Source of the DNA: a virus
Taxonomy: Duplodnaviria; Caudoviricetes
Direction: 5' to 3' (one strand)
DNA length: 29,151 nucleotides
Virus record (IMG/VR): IMGVR_UViG_3300034096_000408
Span: 1 to 29,151 of that record
In this document: piece after piece, positions 15,433 to 24,153 of the stretch
How the letters are laid out: every line of letters begins with the position of its first letter
How positions within the stretch are numbered: position 1 is the first letter of the stretch
Made by a program: the position numbers and the translations under genes
Notes under the pieces: generated by a model
The model's database searches: none
What the model was told of the DNA's origin: nothing
What the model saw: only the letters and a program-made list of their open reading frames with translations

Positions 15433-15579
15433 ATGAATAATGAATTTAACTTTTTGCGCTCCCAAGTAAAAGCTTTCCATCCTAACTGGAGCGAGGAACA
15501 AATTAATAAAGAGGTAGAACGCATTTTAAACGAGGGTGAAGGTGGCGAAGATGAAACTTGTTTATACTGCGGTTCGTAG
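15433..15579 (+). CDS. 48-aa protein ending EGGEDETCLYCGS, not in ORF track
   Basis: ATG 15433 to TAG 15579 fills the gap on the coding strand; C-terminal CxxC. Confidence 0.75.
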   Translation: MNNEFNFLRSQVKAFHPNWSEEQINKEVERILNEGEGGEDETCLYCGS

Positions 15580-15594
15580 ACAAAAAAAAACACT

Positions 15595-16098
15595 ATGATA
15601 AGGGACTACTTAGAAATAGAACAATTAAGCCTTCACGAGGATAACCCCCGTACGATTTCCAAAAAGAAATTCAATAAGCTTAAAAAATCTATAGCTAATT
15701 TTCCCGAAATGCTAAACGCGAGGCCTATCGTAGTAAATGAGAATAAACAAATTTTAGGAGGCTCCATGCGTTATAGGGCTTGCATCGAATTAGGAATAAC
15801 TGCAGTACCGGTTATAATTGTTAATTGGCCCGTTGAACGCCAACGCGAGTTTATGGTAAAGGATAACATAAGCCTTGGAAGTTGGGACCTGGATAAGTTA
15901 TTCAATGAATGGGAACCTGAGGAAATTAAAGAGTGGAATATACCGGTAGTACATGAGGTTATGTTGGACCTATTCGACACCCAAGAAATTACTTTTAGAC
16001 TGAACCAAAAAGAGGCGGACTTCGTTACGTCGGAGCTGTCTAAATTTGGAGTAAATTTGGAACACGCACTACTTAAATTATTGAGGTACAATGAGTGA
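15595..16098 (+). CDS. ParB/Srx N-terminal domain protein
   Basis: NPRTI...LKKSI..F...PIVVNE..ILGGSMRYRA..LG..VPV...DN motifs; next to TerS. Confidence 0.85.
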   Translation: MIRDYLEIEQLSLHEDNPRTISKKKFNKLKKSIANFPEMLNARPIVVNENKQILGGSMRYRACIELGITAVPVIIVNWPVERQREFMVKDNISLGSWDLDKLFNEWEPEEIKEWNIPVVHEVMLDLFDTQEITFRLNQKEADFVTSELSKFGVNLEHALLKLLRYNE

Positions 16099-16441
16099 AC
16101 AAAACTTAACACTAAAAAAGGAAGCCATGATAAAGGCACTAGAGAAAAGCTTAGGCGTAGTAACTAGCGCGTGCAGATCGGTAGGAATAAGTAGAACTAC
16201 TCACTACGAATGGTTACAGGTAGACCCTGAGTACAACCAAGCTGTACAGTCCTTATCTGACTTAGCTCTAGACTTCGCAGAAAGTAAACTACATTCATTA
16301 ATTCAAGAAGGCGATACTACGGCAACTATATTTTATCTTAAAACTAAAGGCAAGCAAAGAGGATATATCGAACGCCAGGAAGTAAGCACCGAGCTCAAAA
16401 GTATTAACATAACCATAGACGGGGGTAGTACGAATATATGA
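16091..16441 (+). CDS. terS: Terminase small subunit
   Basis: N-terminal HTH ALEKSLGVVTSACRSVGISRTTHYEW and ATIFYLKTKGKQRGYIER. Confidence 0.78.
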   Translation: MSEQNLTLKKEAMIKALEKSLGVVTSACRSVGISRTTHYEWLQVDPEYNQAVQSLSDLALDFAESKLHSLIQEGDTTATIFYLKTKGKQRGYIERQEVSTELKSINITIDGGSTNI

Positions 16442-16656
16442 CAGCAAAAGAAAAGGCAAAAGAATTAGTAGATAAGTATTGGATACATTTACGAGCAGGC
16501 CTGCTTTACGATGAGGAGGCTAAAGAGGATGCGAAGCACTGCGCCTTAATTGCAGTTGATGAACATTTCAAGGGCATGTCATTTACGTTTGGATCTATTA
16601 ATTATAGGAGCTTGAAATTTTGGAAAGAAGTTAAAAAAGAAATAGAGAAGCTATGA
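16438..16656 (+). CDS. Hypothetical phage protein (MTAKEKAKELV...AKHCALIAVDE type)
   Basis: ORF track; coupled start and stop. Confidence 0.75.
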   Translation: MTAKEKAKELVDKYWIHLRAGLLYDEEAKEDAKHCALIAVDEHFKGMSFTFGSINYRSLKFWKEVKKEIEKL

Positions 16657-16895
16657 ACGAAATTGAAGTGTTCATTAATCGATTGAAAAAAATAGGCATT
16701 GAAATTTCGCTTGTCGGTAATTACCCGTGGATCTATCTTGATGCGGTTAATGGTAACAAAGTTCAACGCGAAGATTTTGTAAATGCTAATCACGGTTATA
16801 CAATTGCGTGGAGTGGTTTAAAAGTAAATGATAAACCGCATTTGAACTGGCAAGACATTAAAAAAACTTTTGACTTAATTCGCAAGTACAAATGA
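16653..16895 (+). CDS. Hypothetical phage protein
   Basis: ORF track; coupled start and stop. Confidence 0.75.
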   Translation: MNEIEVFINRLKKIGIEISLVGNYPWIYLDAVNGNKVQREDFVNANHGYTIAWSGLKVNDKPHLNWQDIKKTFDLIRKYK

Positions 16896-17467
16896 AGATA
16901 AGCCTTAAATATTCAGACCAAACGCTAGGCACATACATAGACTTTATGCTAGCGGAAAATGATATAATAGGGCAACTGTCAGCCATTACAGGTTTTAAAC
17001 GAGACCAACTCCGAAGCTTACCCATGGAGCAGGTAGAGCAGGTAATAGCTAGCTACGTGCATAACCTAAAAAAAGAGGAAAAGATATTTAAACACTACAT
17101 AGAGCTAGACGGTATAAAATTTGGCTTTCACCCTAACTTGAAGGCTATAACATTTGGAGAATGGCTAGACGCAATGGAATACGCTAAAGACCTACCAAAA
17201 AATTACGATAAGCTTTTAACTGTACTTTACCGACCTATAACAGCAGAGTTTAACGACCGCTATACGATAGAGCCATACGACGCGGATATACACAGCAAGT
17301 ACGCAAGTAAAATGAGGCAGTTACCTCTACCGGTTGTAAATGGCTGTATGCTTTTTTTTTCGACATTACTCAGCGACTTAATGAGCAATTCCCCCGAATA
17401 CTTGGAGGGGCTACTGACGAAACTACAGGCGGAAGTGAGGGAAATTCAGAGCGAGGTAGAACTTTAG
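16892..17467 (+). CDS. Tail assembly chaperone (gpG-like)
   Basis: ITFGEWLD...LYRPI motifs and a T9 slippery run near the 3' end. Confidence 0.7.
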   Translation: MKISLKYSDQTLGTYIDFMLAENDIIGQLSAITGFKRDQLRSLPMEQVEQVIASYVHNLKKEEKIFKHYIELDGIKFGFHPNLKAITFGEWLDAMEYAKDLPKNYDKLLTVLYRPITAEFNDRYTIEPYDADIHSKYASKMRQLPLPVVNGCMLFFSTLLSDLMSNSPEYLEGLLTKLQAEVREIQSEVEL

Positions 17468-17634
17468 CCAACACGTACGAATGGTTCCATGTAATTGAGG
17501 AAATGGCAGAACGTGATGTAACAAAATTTGAAGCCATTACCAACATGCGAGCTAGTACAATATTTGCTCATTTAAGTTATTCGCTAGACTACTATAATAC
17601 TGAGTTGGCGAAAATGAACCCTAATTTACACTAA
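17352..17634 (+). CDS. -1 frameshift extension of tail assembly chaperone (gpGT-like; full product 16892..17634)
   Basis: T9 at 17352-17360. The -1 frame is open to TAA 17632-17634 (FDITQRLNEQFPRI...YEWFHVIEEMAERDVTKFEAITNM...). Confidence 0.8.
17625..17633 (+). promoter_or_regulatory. TTTACACTA motif (copy 3)
   Basis: 8 nt upstream of ATG 17642 at the start of the tail gene block. Confidence 0.55.
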
Positions 17635-17641
17635 TTAATAT

Positions 17642-18112
17642 ATGACTACTGTAGACTACCATTATAAAATTATAATAGACAGGTTCCGCAGCTTCGCGGA
17701 TAACCACTACCAACTAAGGCGCTTTACGCATGGCCTAGTTACTCAGGCAGATTTAGAAAAAGAGGCAGAGTGGCCTTGGATGCATGTTAAACCGTTAAAT
17801 ATTAATTATGAGAAAGGCGCAAAAGTTTATAGTTTCGATATTTATATTTCTGACCTTCCCCGAGTTGAAGAAGATAAAACAGGATATGAAGCCGAAAGTA
17901 TTAACCTTTGCTCGCTCATTATGGGCGACCTTCTCGCTGTTATTAATAATGGGAGTTTATTTGGTGGTGATATTCAGTTACGGGCTCCTGTTCAAGCCGA
18001 TGTTGAAATTGAAGTATTTACTCACACGCTTGTTTCAGTAACTGCTACAATTAACTTAGAGGTTGATTGGGATTGGAACGCGTGTATAGTACCAATGGAC
18101 CAACCTAATTAA
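17642..18112 (+). CDS. Putative tail terminator/completion protein
   Basis: Size, alpha/beta pattern (WPWMHV...YSFDIYISD...VTATINLEV) and tail context. Confidence 0.55.
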   Translation: MTTVDYHYKIIIDRFRSFADNHYQLRRFTHGLVTQADLEKEAEWPWMHVKPLNINYEKGAKVYSFDIYISDLPRVEEDKTGYEAESINLCSLIMGDLLAVINNGSLFGGDIQLRAPVQADVEIEVFTHTLVSVTATINLEVDWDWNACIVPMDQPN

Positions 18113-18119
18113 TTAAGAT

Positions 18120-18806
18120 ATGCCAATAAATAGCACGGGAGCAGATTATAACGACCTCATTAATACACCTGGAGGCGGTGGTCCACCTAGTGGCCCTGCA
18201 GGTGGTGACTTAACAGGAACTTACCCTAACCCAACAGTTCACCGTATTCATGGTATAGATGTGCAAGCAACTACACCGACTGAATACGATATTTTAGCTT
18301 ACGGAGGTTCACCTGCTAAATGGCGCCATGTGAAGATTCCAATTATTAATAAAATAAAAATAACCGACGGAACAACTGTAACAGGAACAACAGCCAACAC
18401 GTATACTGATAGCGTTTTAATACCTGCAAATACGGTAACAGTAGGCGACGTTATTACGTTTAGAAATAGGGTAAAGAAAACAGGAACTGCAGGCTTACTC
18501 TCAGTTCGTGCTTATGTAAATACGACTGCAGCTGTAGGTGGTTCTAACGTGGCTATTTCGTCGAATGCGAATACAACTAGATTTTCGCAAATGATAAGAA
18601 CGCTAGCAGTTAAGACGTCTACAAATACCGAGAGCTTCCCCATTGTGGGCGGTTTTACTGACGACGCGCAAACGGGTACTGTTGTAGTTAGTTCTAATAT
18701 AGATTGGTCCGTAGATCAATACTTAGTTATTTCAGTTCAAAACACGAGCGCAGCGGATAGTACGGTAAGCTCATTTATTCACGTGCAAATAAATAAAGCT
18801 GTATAA
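18120..18806 (+). CDS. Putative tail fibre/receptor-binding or accessory structural protein
   Basis: AGGDLTGTYPNPTV fibre-type motif followed by a Thr/Ser-rich beta domain. Confidence 0.55.
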   Translation: MPINSTGADYNDLINTPGGGGPPSGPAGGDLTGTYPNPTVHRIHGIDVQATTPTEYDILAYGGSPAKWRHVKIPIINKIKITDGTTVTGTTANTYTDSVLIPANTVTVGDVITFRNRVKKTGTAGLLSVRAYVNTTAAVGGSNVAISSNANTTRFSQMIRTLAVKTSTNTESFPIVGGFTDDAQTGTVVVSSNIDWSVDQYLVISVQNTSAADSTVSSFIHVQINKAV

Positions 18807-19000
18807 TGGAAACCTTAGCAATAGATAAAAATATAATTACTTACCGCGAGGCACAATACACGCTAAACGGCTATGAGGTAATAGATAGCGCTTGCCTTCA
18901 TTTATTTTTAGATGAGGGCGTTTATGCTGTTGTTTTACCCTGCATAGTTAACACGGAAGTAATTTTTACCATGGATAACCTTACAGCCTTACTAACATGA
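18806..19000 (+). CDS. Small hypothetical protein (possible fibre chaperone)
   Basis: Coupled to the upstream fibre-like gene. Confidence 0.6.
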   Translation: METLAIDKNIITYREAQYTLNGYEVIDSACLHLFLDEGVYAVVLPCIVNTEVIFTMDNLTALLT

Positions 19001-19593
19001 GTATACTAAGCGAGTTATTTAAAAACGGACATTTGCTTGAAGTCATGATGGATTTCAGCGAGGAAGTAGTACGCCAAGCTCGCTCGAATATTCGTATTAA
19101 TCAAACCAAGTACGGGCGTAAAAGAAAAGCGAATACTACAGGCCGACTAGCTGCCTCTTTGAAATTTGATATTAACCCCGACACGGGAGCAGTTAAATTC
19201 GTATCTAGCGAACCTTACGCAGGAGTTATAGAATTTGGAGCGCGTGGTAGTGAGGAATTAGCCAAGGGAATTACTAAGCTTTCACCTGGGCCATTGCGAC
19301 CGCCTGCGGATAGCATTTTAGAGTGGATGAATAAAAAGAAAATTCGTCTAAGAGAGAAAACAGCTACCGGTAGTAAGTTCGCAAAAGAAACACCAAGTAA
19401 AAGAAAGTCGGTGGCTTATGCCATTGCTCAAAGTATTCATAAAAAAGGTTTCTCACCGCTCGAATATTTCCAAGATGCGTACAAAGAGACGCTACCCGAT
19501 TACAGCGGAAAAATAGCACAGGCTGCAGCTGAGGCTGTGGGCTTAACCATATTATCACAAAATAGAACTTTAAACAATATAAAACCTAAGTAA
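18997..19593 (+). CDS. Tail completion/neck protein (HK97 gp10-like)
   Basis: TGRLAASL...YAGVIEFG...AYAIAQSIHKKG..P..YF motifs. Confidence 0.7.
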   Translation: MSILSELFKNGHLLEVMMDFSEEVVRQARSNIRINQTKYGRKRKANTTGRLAASLKFDINPDTGAVKFVSSEPYAGVIEFGARGSEELAKGITKLSPGPLRPPADSILEWMNKKKIRLREKTATGSKFAKETPSKRKSVAYAIAQSIHKKGFSPLEYFQDAYKETLPDYSGKIAQAAAEAVGLTILSQNRTLNNIKPK

Positions 19594-20894
19594 TGGCAAT
19601 TACCCTAGTAGATAGACCTTACAAATTTACAGCGCTAAAACAAAAGTTAATCTTTACAGCCACTAGCTCCCAAGTTGGGCAGCCAGGCTTTAGATTTGTC
19701 GCACAGGTTAGCGCTACCGTAGACGGTAATACAACTATGCAAACAGTATACATACAGCCTAATTTAAACGGCGCAATGGTTTTAGACGTTTACCCGATTG
19801 TAAAAGATTTTATAGATTTATCGGTAACGGATGCTGCCGTGCCTAATTTATTTATGCAGGACACGGTATACTATACGCCTTACACGGACCTACACAATAT
19901 AGTAGAGGTTACTGTAGATTTATACGACGGTTACGAAGTCTTAGGAGTATTTACTGTAAACCCTTTAAGCCTTCCCGTAGTTAGAACTCGCTTAAGCTTA
20001 ATAAATGCAGCCTTTCAAATTTCACAAGGTTACAACCCTGACCCTGATTTAATTTTTGCTTTGAGCGGGCCGACCATGTATCAAATGACCGACCTTACAC
20101 CTGATGTATATGACTTAAGTACGGAAATTAATACATATTCACTAGGCGCGAATACAATAGGAATAAGAGCTAGATTTAATAGCGACTATGGAGTTATGAC
20201 TATTCCCATAGATGACGGCACACGACTTTCGGCTAATTTAATAGACGAAATACAGGTAATACAATTTAACAGCGCAGGCGCACCTATTCAAACGGATAGC
20301 ATACCCATTGCACCGCAAGAGGGCCATATAGTACATACAGGTATTTACCCCGCTAACGTCAGTGGTTCGTTAGGCTATGCTGCAAATATGCATCACTATA
20401 TAGTTAACTTTTTATACTTAGGTAGTGCGGTCGCGCGATCCATTGCATTTTTTGAGGCAGAAGATGAGTGCCGCTTTGACACGTACCGCCTGGGTTGGAT
20501 AAACTCGCGCGGAGGGTGGGATTTTTGGAATTTTACTAAGCGGAGCGAAGAAACTTACTCAATAGAAAAAAAGCGCTATAGAAAGGTTATAGGTAATTAC
20601 GCTACAGCTAACGCAAATTTTAGTTTTAATACATACGACCGTGGACTAACTGAGCGAAACGCATTCGTAGAAAAAATGCTAACCGTTAGCACCGACTTTT
20701 TAAGCGAGGCTCAGTTTGAATTTTTAAAAGGCTTAAGCTTTTCGGATAGCGTGTACATAATTGACGATAGCGGAACACCTACTCCGGTAGTAGTAGAAAA
20801 TACCAACTTCACAGCTTTAAAAAATAGAAGCTACATAAAAGAGGGAACGCAGTTAACAATACAACTTAAATACAGCCAAGACTATAACGCATGA
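19593..20894 (+). CDS. Putative distal tail/baseplate protein
   Basis: Beta-rich; WINSRGGWDFWNF...LTVSTDFL..L..SDSVY C-terminal domain; precedes the large tail-tip gene. Confidence 0.6.
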   Translation: MAITLVDRPYKFTALKQKLIFTATSSQVGQPGFRFVAQVSATVDGNTTMQTVYIQPNLNGAMVLDVYPIVKDFIDLSVTDAAVPNLFMQDTVYYTPYTDLHNIVEVTVDLYDGYEVLGVFTVNPLSLPVVRTRLSLINAAFQISQGYNPDPDLIFALSGPTMYQMTDLTPDVYDLSTEINTYSLGANTIGIRARFNSDYGVMTIPIDDGTRLSANLIDEIQVIQFNSAGAPIQTDSIPIAPQEGHIVHTGIYPANVSGSLGYAANMHHYIVNFLYLGSAVARSIAFFEAEDECRFDTYRLGWINSRGGWDFWNFTKRSEETYSIEKKRYRKVIGNYATANANFSFNTYDRGLTERNAFVEKMLTVSTDFLSEAQFEFLKGLSFSDSVYIIDDSGTPTPVVVENTNFTALKNRSYIKEGTQLTIQLKYSQDYNA

Positions 20895-23800
20895 CGCCAA
20901 CCGTAATACTACAAGTTAATTATAGCGGGCAGACCGCTGTATTAGATTTATATGAGAATGAAAGTGTAAGCTTTTCAAACGCGTTTACCGATATAACCGA
21001 CTTTAAGGCTAGGGGTGGTTTTAGCCGTGAGTTTAGAATACCTGCCACTAAAACGAATGTAGAGTTTTTTGGAGCACAGCATAAGGTAGGTTTATTTTCT
21101 ACTATTGATATTAAAAAGAAAATAGACGCGCTTTTAACCGTAGACACTCTACCCATTGCGGAAGGGCACATACAGTTTAAAAGAGCCATTACTCAGCAAG
21201 GTAAGTTATTCGAGTACGAAATAGCTTTTTTCGCTGAGGTTGTAGACGCTGCTAGATCAATAGGCGACAAAATGATTAGCGAGCTAGATTATTCTAGCCT
21301 AGCGCACTCGAGTACATGGGATAACGTAGTAGACGCAAACGACGGAACTATACTAGGTGGTAACGTTTGTTATACGCTAACGGATAGAGGCCAAAATTGG
21401 ACCGAGAGCAACGCTACAGGAAGCCGTCGTATTTTCAGCTCAGTAAACCCGATTTATACAAATGAATTAACGGTAGCCGTAAAAACAAAATGGTTGCTAG
21501 ATAAGATATTTAGCGAGGCAGGTTTCACCTGGAGCGGCACTACCATAGAGGCAGAGCTACAGCACATGTGGTACCCGTTTATAAAGAGCAATATTACTCT
21601 AGGCAACGTAACCGCAGACGCATCTAGATTTAGAGCGGACTTTGCAGCCAATACTAATTTTACTATAGACCAATTACAAGCCGACGGCAGTTATATAAAA
21701 CAGCTTACAGGATTTATTGAAACATTCGACCCAAGTAACAGCTTCGCTACTGACACCTACACGGCTAACGGAAATTTTACCGTAAACTTTGGTATTAATT
21801 TCGAGGTAACCGTTAATACTACAGGCTTTGCAACTTGGCAACCTCACAATTATGATTTTTATTTACAGCTAACGCGAGGCGGAGTAGATTATATAATTAA
21901 CCTACCATACGGGCAGAATATTAGTACTGTAAATTACGAGTACGATCAGAGCGGACAAGTATATCAAACTGTAATAACTAACCCGTTTCTAGTTAATATT
22001 TCTACGACTAACTTAAACTTAGAAGTAGGGGACCAATTAAAAGTTTTTGTAAGAGCGCACCAAGGCAGCAGCCAAGCTATAACTATTACGGCAGATAGTA
22101 GTATAGGAATTAGTTACGTTAGTGGAGAACTACAAGCGCAGCCTGTAAGCTTTTCTAATAATTCACCGGAGCAGAAACAAATAGATTTTGTAAATGACAT
22201 TTTAAAGTTATTTAATGCTGTAATTGTTCCCGATGCCACTACACCAAATGCAGTAAATATTATTCCCATAACGGAGTTTATAGCGAGCGGTACGGATTAC
22301 GACTGGACCACTAAATTAGACGAGAGTAAAGATATTTTACTTAGACCTGCTACGGATCTACAACGTAGGTTTTTAAGGTGGAGTTATAAAGAGCAGAGCG
22401 ACCGGTTAAACGCATATTATAAAAATGGAGCGCAGAGGGTTTATGGTGAACTTCGTTTAAATAACCCTGAGAGTGATTTTGCAGTAGGAGATTATACAGT
22501 AGAGTTAACCTTTGGCCCTACGCCATGTAATAGCATTCCAAATACTACTTATATAATACCAAAGTTCATAAACGACAGCGGACAGTTTGTAAACCCAGGG
22601 CCAAGGATATTATATAGAAGACCATACGCTGAGAGTGCTAGCGTGCAGGTGTATGACGAGGCTACAAATGCTAGCCAACTTACCGTTATACCATTACTTA
22701 ACCACTACAAAAATGTACCTACCGACGTAGGAACTGACGACTTAAATTTTGGTCAAGAAATACCTCTATTCCAAATAGACGCAATGCCATTGCGCACTAT
22801 GTGGGATAAATATTGGAGGGAATATATAGCAGAAATATACGACAGTGAACAGCGTATAATGGAGGCTTATTTTGCGCTAGGGGTTACTGACGTTTTCAAC
22901 TTAAAGTTTAACGATAAAATTTTTGTTAAAGACGGACTTTGGCGAGTGCTAGAAGTTAGCGATTACGTAATAGGCGACCAACTCAGCACGAAAGTAACTT
23001 TAATTCGATTACTAGATTTAGGGGCGCTTTGTACTTACACACCTTACCAAATTAACGCCACTACAGGAGCAGTAACGTTTCTAGATCAGGCAGGAGGTAC
23101 TAGCGTAGGTAACCAAACTTGCTGCGAGTATTACGGCTATACTTGGGATACCTCAAAAAATAAATGTTACGCTACCCTTCCATTTCTAACCGATAAACCT
23201 ATTTTAAGTTCGCCTGGAAGTATAGGCGAGAGTAACTTAGTAATAGCCAACGGAACGCAGAAAAGCGCTACGGGTTTAGGAACTGTAGCAGGTGGGGATA
23301 TAGAGCTAGGAAATGAGAGGCTATTAACTAACGGTAGCGGTCATGCCATTGCACCGAATAACAGGAACTCGGTAGTAAGCGGTTCGGATAACATGCTAAA
23401 AACTAATTTACCTAGTTCGGCAGTATTCGGTAAAAATGCCTTCGGTGAATTACGAGGCGTGCATTTTGGCGGTGGTAGTTATTGGGATATTACAAGCGAT
23501 ACAGCCGCTCCGGTACCAGGCAGAACTCAACACGGGTTTATAACATTAATGGGTGAAGCTCCTCTAACAGGAACGGTAGATATTGACGTAACTATAGACG
23601 GAGCAGAGTCGATGTTTATAAACATGCCTACGGAAACCACATGGCTAGTTAAGGCGTACGTTTCGTTTGTGGAGTATGATTACGGGGTAGGAGATTTTAC
23701 GGGAGTAGTGGCAGGCGGTGAGTGGAACGGTTTATTTTTTAAAGACAAAACTACGCATACGGTTAGTAAAATGATTATGCAAGCTAGGCACGGCAATGTT

Positions 23801-23953
23801 TTACCGCCTGGAGATATTGACTGCAGCGTGGCTGTAGTAAGTGGCGAAATAGTACCGACTGTAACAATTAAAAGAACCTCAGGTTATACGGGTCTAGTTA
23901 GCGTAGTGCTGCAGTATACTCAAACCAAATTTCAAAGAACACCAATATTATAA
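20891..23953 (+). CDS. Large tail tip/hub protein with C-terminal fibre-like region
   Basis: LDLYENE..FSREFRIPAT N-terminus, QIDFVNDILKLFN, CCEYYGYTWD motif, then G/N-rich beta-roll-like repeats. Confidence 0.7.
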   Translation: MTPTVILQVNYSGQTAVLDLYENESVSFSNAFTDITDFKARGGFSREFRIPATKTNVEFFGAQHKVGLFSTIDIKKKIDALLTVDTLPIAEGHIQFKRAITQQGKLFEYEIAFFAEVVDAARSIGDKMISELDYSSLAHSSTWDNVVDANDGTILGGNVCYTLTDRGQNWTESNATGSRRIFSSVNPIYTNELTVAVKTKWLLDKIFSEAGFTWSGTTIEAELQHMWYPFIKSNITLGNVTADASRFRADFAANTNFTIDQLQADGSYIKQLTGFIETFDPSNSFATDTYTANGNFTVNFGINFEVTVNTTGFATWQPHNYDFYLQLTRGGVDYIINLPYGQNISTVNYEYDQSGQVYQTVITNPFLVNISTTNLNLEVGDQLKVFVRAHQGSSQAITITADSSIGISYVSGELQAQPVSFSNNSPEQKQIDFVNDILKLFNAVIVPDATTPNAVNIIPITEFIASGTDYDWTTKLDESKDILLRPATDLQRRFLRWSYKEQSDRLNAYYKNGAQRVYGELRLNNPESDFAVGDYTVELTFGPTPCNSIPNTTYIIPKFINDSGQFVNPGPRILYRRPYAESASVQVYDEATNASQLTVIPLLNHYKNVPTDVGTDDLNFGQEIPLFQIDAMPLRTMWDKYWREYIAEIYDSEQRIMEAYFALGVTDVFNLKFNDKIFVKDGLWRVLEVSDYVIGDQLSTKVTLIRLLDLGALCTYTPYQINATTGAVTFLDQAGGTSVGNQTCCEYYGYTWDTSKNKCYATLPFLTDKPILSSPGSIGESNLVIANGTQKSATGLGTVAGGDIELGNERLLTNGSGHAIAPNNRNSVVSGSDNMLKTNLPSSAVFGKNAFGELRGVHFGGGSYWDITSDTAAPVPGRTQHGFITLMGEAPLTGTVDIDVTIDGAESMFINMPTETTWLVKAYVSFVEYDYGVGDFTGVVAGGEWNGLFFKDKTTHTVSKMIMQARHGNVLPPGDIDCSVAVVSGEIVPTVTIKRTSGYTGLVSVVLQYTQTKFQRTPIL

Positions 23954-24153
23954 TGAGAGACTACTCACTCGATTTTATTGCCTCCATGAACTTGTTAAGA
24001 AATGGGGTAAAAGGAAATAGCGAAGCTTATAAGATAGCTAGCGGTAGCCATAGCACTAAATTAAAGTGGTGGAAAATAAAGGCTATTAATTACACTACAT
24101 TAATAATACTAGCGCTTTCATTTGGCGCATTAATTTATTGGATATGGCAGTAA
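23953..24153 (+). CDS. Small membrane protein
   Basis: C-terminal hydrophobic helix; coupled to neighbouring genes. Confidence 0.6.
   Translation: MRDYSLDFIASMNLLRNGVKGNSEAYKIASGSHSTKLKWWKIKAINYTTLIILALSFGALIYWIWQ

Noticed and set aside
14759-16098. Restriction-modification or ParABS partition system
   Set aside because: No cognate endonuclease and no ParA. An orphan methyltransferase and a ParB-N protein beside terS are common in phages.
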